From the NCBI GenBank assembly GCA_964410075.1, contig CAYPHE010000002.1:1-45079 (forward strand): DNA of 45,079 bases. The letters run 5' to 3'. This stretch comes from an uncultured Polaribacter sp. (lineage in GTDB: Bacteria > Bacteroidota > Bacteroidia > Flavobacteriales > Flavobacteriaceae). Shown piece by piece: positions 42,101-45,079 of the stretch (the first letter of the stretch is position 1; each line of letters opens with the position of its first letter). The position numbers and the translations under genes were made by a program. The notes beneath the pieces were generated by a model. That model was not told the DNA's origin, did no database searches, and was given only the letters and a program-made list of their open reading frames with translations.

Positions 42101-42492
42101 GTTGGATCATATGTACTTGGTCTGTGGTGTTGTGGCCAGTTGAACTCTATCCCTCCAGAAATCCAAGGTCCGGTTAAACCAACAAGAGCTGGTTTTATAA
42201 CATGATTGTAATATACAAAATCGCGTTTACGAATCTTATCATAGGCTCTTTGAATTCTACCTCCTAAGGCAGGTAAAATCATTAATTTTATGTAATCATT
42301 TTCTATAAAAATGGCATCCCATTCTTTATCTACTTTGGTATCGCTAATTTTTTCTATTACAGGATGCGGATAAACTGCACCACTGCTTGCCTGATACACA
42401 CGTTTTTCTAAAAAAACAGGATATTTTTCTGGAGTTCCAACTTCATAAGTAGGAATGATTACCTTCTCTTCCCATGCTTTTACAGTCTTCAT
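39190..42492 (-). CDS. yphG: DUF5107 plus TPR-repeat protein, E. coli YphG-like, no signal peptide
   Basis: VKAWEEKVIIPTYEVG, RVYQASSGAVYP, VIKPALVGLTGPWISGGIEFNWPQHHRP, PGKKQWTWG, GVYTDNQPDF, TPR-like helices, FHPWEGGEGKV. Confidence 0.85.
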   Translation of the reverse strand: MKTVKAWEEKVIIPTYEVGTPEKYPVFLEKRVYQASSGAVYPHPVIEKISDTKVDKEWDAIFIENDYIKLMILPALGGRIQRAYDKIRKRDFVYYNHVIKPALVGLTGPWISGGIEFNWPQHHRPSTYDPTDFYIEDNDDGSKTIWVSELERMFRTKGMAGFTLHPDKAYIEIKAHLYNRTPHPQTFLWWANPAVAVNDHYQSVFPPDVNAVFDHGKRDVSEFPIAKGEYYKVDYSPGTDISRYKNIPVPTSYMAITSKYDFVGGYENDSKGGLLHVADHNVSPGKKQWTWGNGEFGKAWDRNLTDTDGPYIELMCGVYTDNQPDFSWMHPYEEKSFKQYFMPYYNVGVVKNATKEALVNLEMVDGKALVKVYVTSTYDNCVITLKAGSKVLYDEVLNLSPAIGFEKAIDIDDFTFDDLQISVNDSVGKVLVAWEPDKDLSDEIPEPAKAAKDPKDIDTVEGLYLRGLHLEQYRHATFNATDYYEEALRRAPKDVRCNNAMGLWHMRKGQLETSIAYFDTAIETLTSHNPNPYDGEPYFNKGLALNFLGKKEEAYASFFKACWNAQWQDAGYFNLAQIDCSRGDLEKALDLVDRALIKNCHNHKARHLKVVILRKQGKIEAANKLIKESLAIDKFNFGVLYERYILSNKQEDLATLKHILRNNAHNYIEFSLDYAMAGQFNEAISLLRVHTDANDKVYPMVYYFMGWYFTQKGDNANALEAYKQASQMPDIYCFPNKIEEVLALQAACKANPSDAKAFYYLGNFWYANRQYVEAQECWETSVKLDDRFAIIHRNLALLYYNKTNQKELAVQHLESAFELDNTDARLLMELDQLYKKINISIDKRLSLLEQYIDLTNSRDDLYLERISLYNLKGDFEKAKELIENRQFHPWEGGEGKVPFQYLTCYTELAKKNINLKNFDYAIELLEAAKTYPHNLGEGKLHGTVENDIDYWLGCAHEGLGNTAKAKEYFEKASKGLSDPSPAIFYNDQQPDKIFYQGLALQKLGNSKEAKKRFKNLLSYGKDHMKDDVKLDYFAISLPDLLIWEEDLNVINKIHCNYLIGLGELGMNNDAEALKAFDKVKHTNLSHIPAHIHAQLVGVVS

Positions 42493-42518
42493 ATTTTGCT
42501 ATTTTTATTAAATACTAC

Positions 42519-45079
42519 CTACTGACGAGTATTTACCTTTAATATTCTTTTTAATTGATGGTTTGTAATATTTATTGATGGTTTAAAAGCATCACTTGTT
42601 ATGTAATTTTCTAAACTATACAACAACTGTTTTGCTTCTAATCTTTCTTCTAAATTTGTGTGCAGATCTATACCAGAAAACAGTAATTTTCCTTTACCTA
42701 CTTTAGCTTCAAAAAGGAGTGCCGTTTTTCTATTTTTAAACCAATCATCTATAACTCTTACAATTGGGCTTAGTTCTGGCATTTCATCAAAAATAATGGC
42801 ATTAGAATGACTCATAGCATCCCACCATTGCCAGTTAGAATGATACTCTGTTGGAAAATGTGCTAACGCAGGATGCTCTGGATTACAAAGAATTCCTAGT
42901 GTATGCGGTTTTTGTTCTTTTGTCCAAGAAGTGTTCCAGAAAATACTTGAAAAACCTATACCTATATCCCCTCCATATTCTGAACTAACATCACCCTTGG
43001 AAATATTTAACAGTACATTACCTCCATTATTTAAATATGCCAATGTTTTAGCATCTAACCTACTGACTACTTTATAAGTATTTTTCTTTTTGATCGGTGT
43101 TTTTTCGTTTGGATACACCCAGATATCCCAACTATTTTCAAAATCACTTACAGAAACATGTAGCGTTAACTTTTGTGCTTTGGTAATTGTTTTTAAAGAT
43201 TGCTGTACAGTACCCAACTTAATTCCGTTACCTATTGGAATATCAGTTGTATTCAATTTTCCTTCTGAAAAAATACTTCCATCAGACTTTGTCAATGTCC
43301 ATTTTGGTATGATATTTTTCAGCGCTTCTCTACCAAAATGAGCAATTTCAATTGGTGTCGATAAAGTGTCTGTATTCTTAAATGCTCTTTTTTGCAAACG
43401 TGCTAAAGGAACCGTATTACCACTAAATTGCTTAAATTCTTCTGGAGACACATATCCTTTTTCATCCCAAAATGCATCTAAAACTCCCACCAAAGCAGTA
43501 CCCTGACCAGGAAAATCATGTAAGTCTAACAACTGAAAACCTGCCATTCCTTTAGTTCTTAAAGCCGCTTCTATATCTGCCTTATAGCAAAGTGTTTGTA
43601 GTTTACCTGAAGCCATAAGAAAACGATCAGCTAATTCACTCATTCCATTTGCTTCTAGGCTTTCTTTAAAAATCTCAAAGTTTTTCGGTTTTAAAACACC
43701 TGTGTACTTAGACATTTCTTTAAAGTTTGGATAGACACACCATTGCCCCATCTCATGACTTACGTAAGGCATTGGCGTTTTATCGATAAACTTGCTCCAA
43801 TCAAATTCAGTTTGAGGTGCTTTTGCATTAATGACACTCTTCAAATTTTCATTCCAACCTTGAATTCTAGGACCTCTATGGTTGTAATAATCCATATTAT
43901 CTAAATAAGGATACCCTGCGCCGCTCGTATACAAACGTCTATCATCAAAGTTTTTAAAATGATTTACATAGTCTGTTAAATAGGTTTTGTGATGCTTACC
44001 ACTTGGCTCGTTACCATACGTCATCATTACAAAAGATGGGTGGTTTCCATATTTATTAATAATCGCTTCACCTTCTTTGTATAACCATTTATCAACGGGA
44101 TTACCATCACCTAAATTCGCTAACCAAGCAGATGCTTCAGCTTGAATATAAACTCCCATTTCGTCAGCTGCAACAAATGCCGCTTCTGGTGGACACCAAG
44201 AATGAAAACGCATGTGATTTAAACCATGTGCTTTAATAATTTTATAAATACGTTTCCAAGAATCTACATCAGTTGGTGGATATCCTGTTTTTGGAAAAAT
44301 GGCACATTCTAAGGTTCCTCTTAAATAAACAGGACGTTCATTTATTTTAAAAATAGTACCGTCTGCTTTAAAATTTCGCATTCCAAAATCAATACGTTTG
44401 GTATCTACACCTTCACTAGATTTTAAAATCAATTCCATTTCATAAAGATTTGGATCAAATTCGTCCCATAATTTAGGAGTATCACCCATATTAAAATCTA
44501 CAACAACTGTATTGTTTGCATCTAGTTGAATCTGGTTTATAACTTGTTTTAAAGTATTTGCTGAATTTGTTTTTTCTTTAACTAGAAGAATTAATTCTGG
44601 TTTGGCATTACTTGTATAGTTTTCTAATTGAGCAATAATTTTTACCGATTTATTAGAAACGTTTGGATATAATTTTACAAGTCCTATTGCCAATTTTGGA
44701 GAAGCACTAAGTTGAATATCTCCAACAATACCATTCCAATTAGACTGGGTATTATCTGAAATACTATGTGCATCTTTACCAACATTTATGTCTTTTATTC
44801 TATTATCAACACGAATAGAAATTGTATGATTTCCAACGCTCAAAAATTCACTTAAATCGTAATCATGAGAAGTTGCCAATGTGTTTTGCATGCCTACTTT
44901 TTTGTTATCTACCCAAACTGTAGATTCCCAATGCACGCGTTCTAAATGCAAGTTGATTTTTTTATTGTTCCAATTTTCTGGAATAACCACTGTTTTTTGA
45001 TACCAAGCAGCACCTTTATAATCCTTTACAGGTTGTAACCAAAAAGGAATTTTCACATTACCTTCTTTTCGGTATTTTG
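42519..45079 (-). CDS. GH2-like glycoside hydrolase, paralog of 32979-35768; 5' end outside the window
   Basis: GAAWYQK, RGTLECAIFP, GLNHMRFHSWCPP, GNEP, SHEMGQW, HDFPGQGTALVG. The frame stays open to the edge (..KYRKEGNVKIPFW), so GTG 45056 is probably internal. Confidence 0.82.
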   Translation of the reverse strand, partial: KYRKEGNVKIPFWLQPVKDYKGAAWYQKTVVIPENWNNKKINLHLERVHWESTVWVDNKKVGMQNTLATSHDYDLSEFLSVGNHTISIRVDNRIKDINVGKDAHSISDNTQSNWNGIVGDIQLSASPKLAIGLVKLYPNVSNKSVKIIAQLENYTSNAKPELILLVKEKTNSANTLKQVINQIQLDANNTVVVDFNMGDTPKLWDEFDPNLYEMELILKSSEGVDTKRIDFGMRNFKADGTIFKINERPVYLRGTLECAIFPKTGYPPTDVDSWKRIYKIIKAHGLNHMRFHSWCPPEAAFVAADEMGVYIQAEASAWLANLGDGNPVDKWLYKEGEAIINKYGNHPSFVMMTYGNEPSGKHHKTYLTDYVNHFKNFDDRRLYTSGAGYPYLDNMDYYNHRGPRIQGWNENLKSVINAKAPQTEFDWSKFIDKTPMPYVSHEMGQWCVYPNFKEMSKYTGVLKPKNFEIFKESLEANGMSELADRFLMASGKLQTLCYKADIEAALRTKGMAGFQLLDLHDFPGQGTALVGVLDAFWDEKGYVSPEEFKQFSGNTVPLARLQKRAFKNTDTLSTPIEIAHFGREALKNIIPKWTLTKSDGSIFSEGKLNTTDIPIGNGIKLGTVQQSLKTITKAQKLTLHVSVSDFENSWDIWVYPNEKTPIKKKNTYKVVSRLDAKTLAYLNNGGNVLLNISKGDVSSEYGGDIGIGFSSIFWNTSWTKEQKPHTLGILCNPEHPALAHFPTEYHSNWQWWDAMSHSNAIIFDEMPELSPIVRVIDDWFKNRKTALLFEAKVGKGKLLFSGIDLHTNLEERLEAKQLLYSLENYITSDAFKPSINITNHQLKRILKVNTRQ

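Noticed and set aside
45054-45056. GTG start for the last GH2 gene
   Set aside because: The frame is open to the window edge and the paralog has about 80 more N-terminal residues; the gene is cut by the window and is not a pseudogene.

Overview
AT-rich Flavobacteriaceae-type (Polaribacter-like, inferred from gene content) chromosomal window, almost all coded on the minus strand. It has four blocks. (1) 95-14192: a SusR-like (DUF6377) regulated polysaccharide utilisation locus (susC, susD, SusE/F-like, two GH30 enzymes) that most likely targets beta-1,6-glucan. It ends in two T9SS proteins with a duplicated ricin-type lectin domain and an unannotated 58-aa ORF that is almost entirely signal peptide. 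(2) 14480-18292: a T9SS Asp-box/BNR beta-propeller protein plus a two-repeat lipoprotein, followed by a structured intergenic element. (3) 18657-26354: a 4-hydroxyproline catabolic cluster (DHDPS-like deaminase, KGSA dehydrogenase, DUF885 peptidase-like lipoprotein, Hyp 2-epimerase, D-amino acid dehydrogenase) with a divergent AraC gene. (4) 26351-45079: the distal part of a sulfated-glycan locus (three S1 sulfatases, a LacZ-type GH2, two paralogous atypical GH2, a GH16, a YphG/DUF5107-TPR protein and a small T9SS protein), cut by the window edge. The strongest non-obvious signals are an identical promoter/operator architecture in front of the T9SS genes ending at 18292 and 31969, which bracket the Hyp cluster, the micropeptide at 95-271, and a candidate structured RNA at 14381-14465. 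No rRNA, tRNA, CRISPR array or mobile element was seen. All family calls come from motif recognition by eye; no searches were run.
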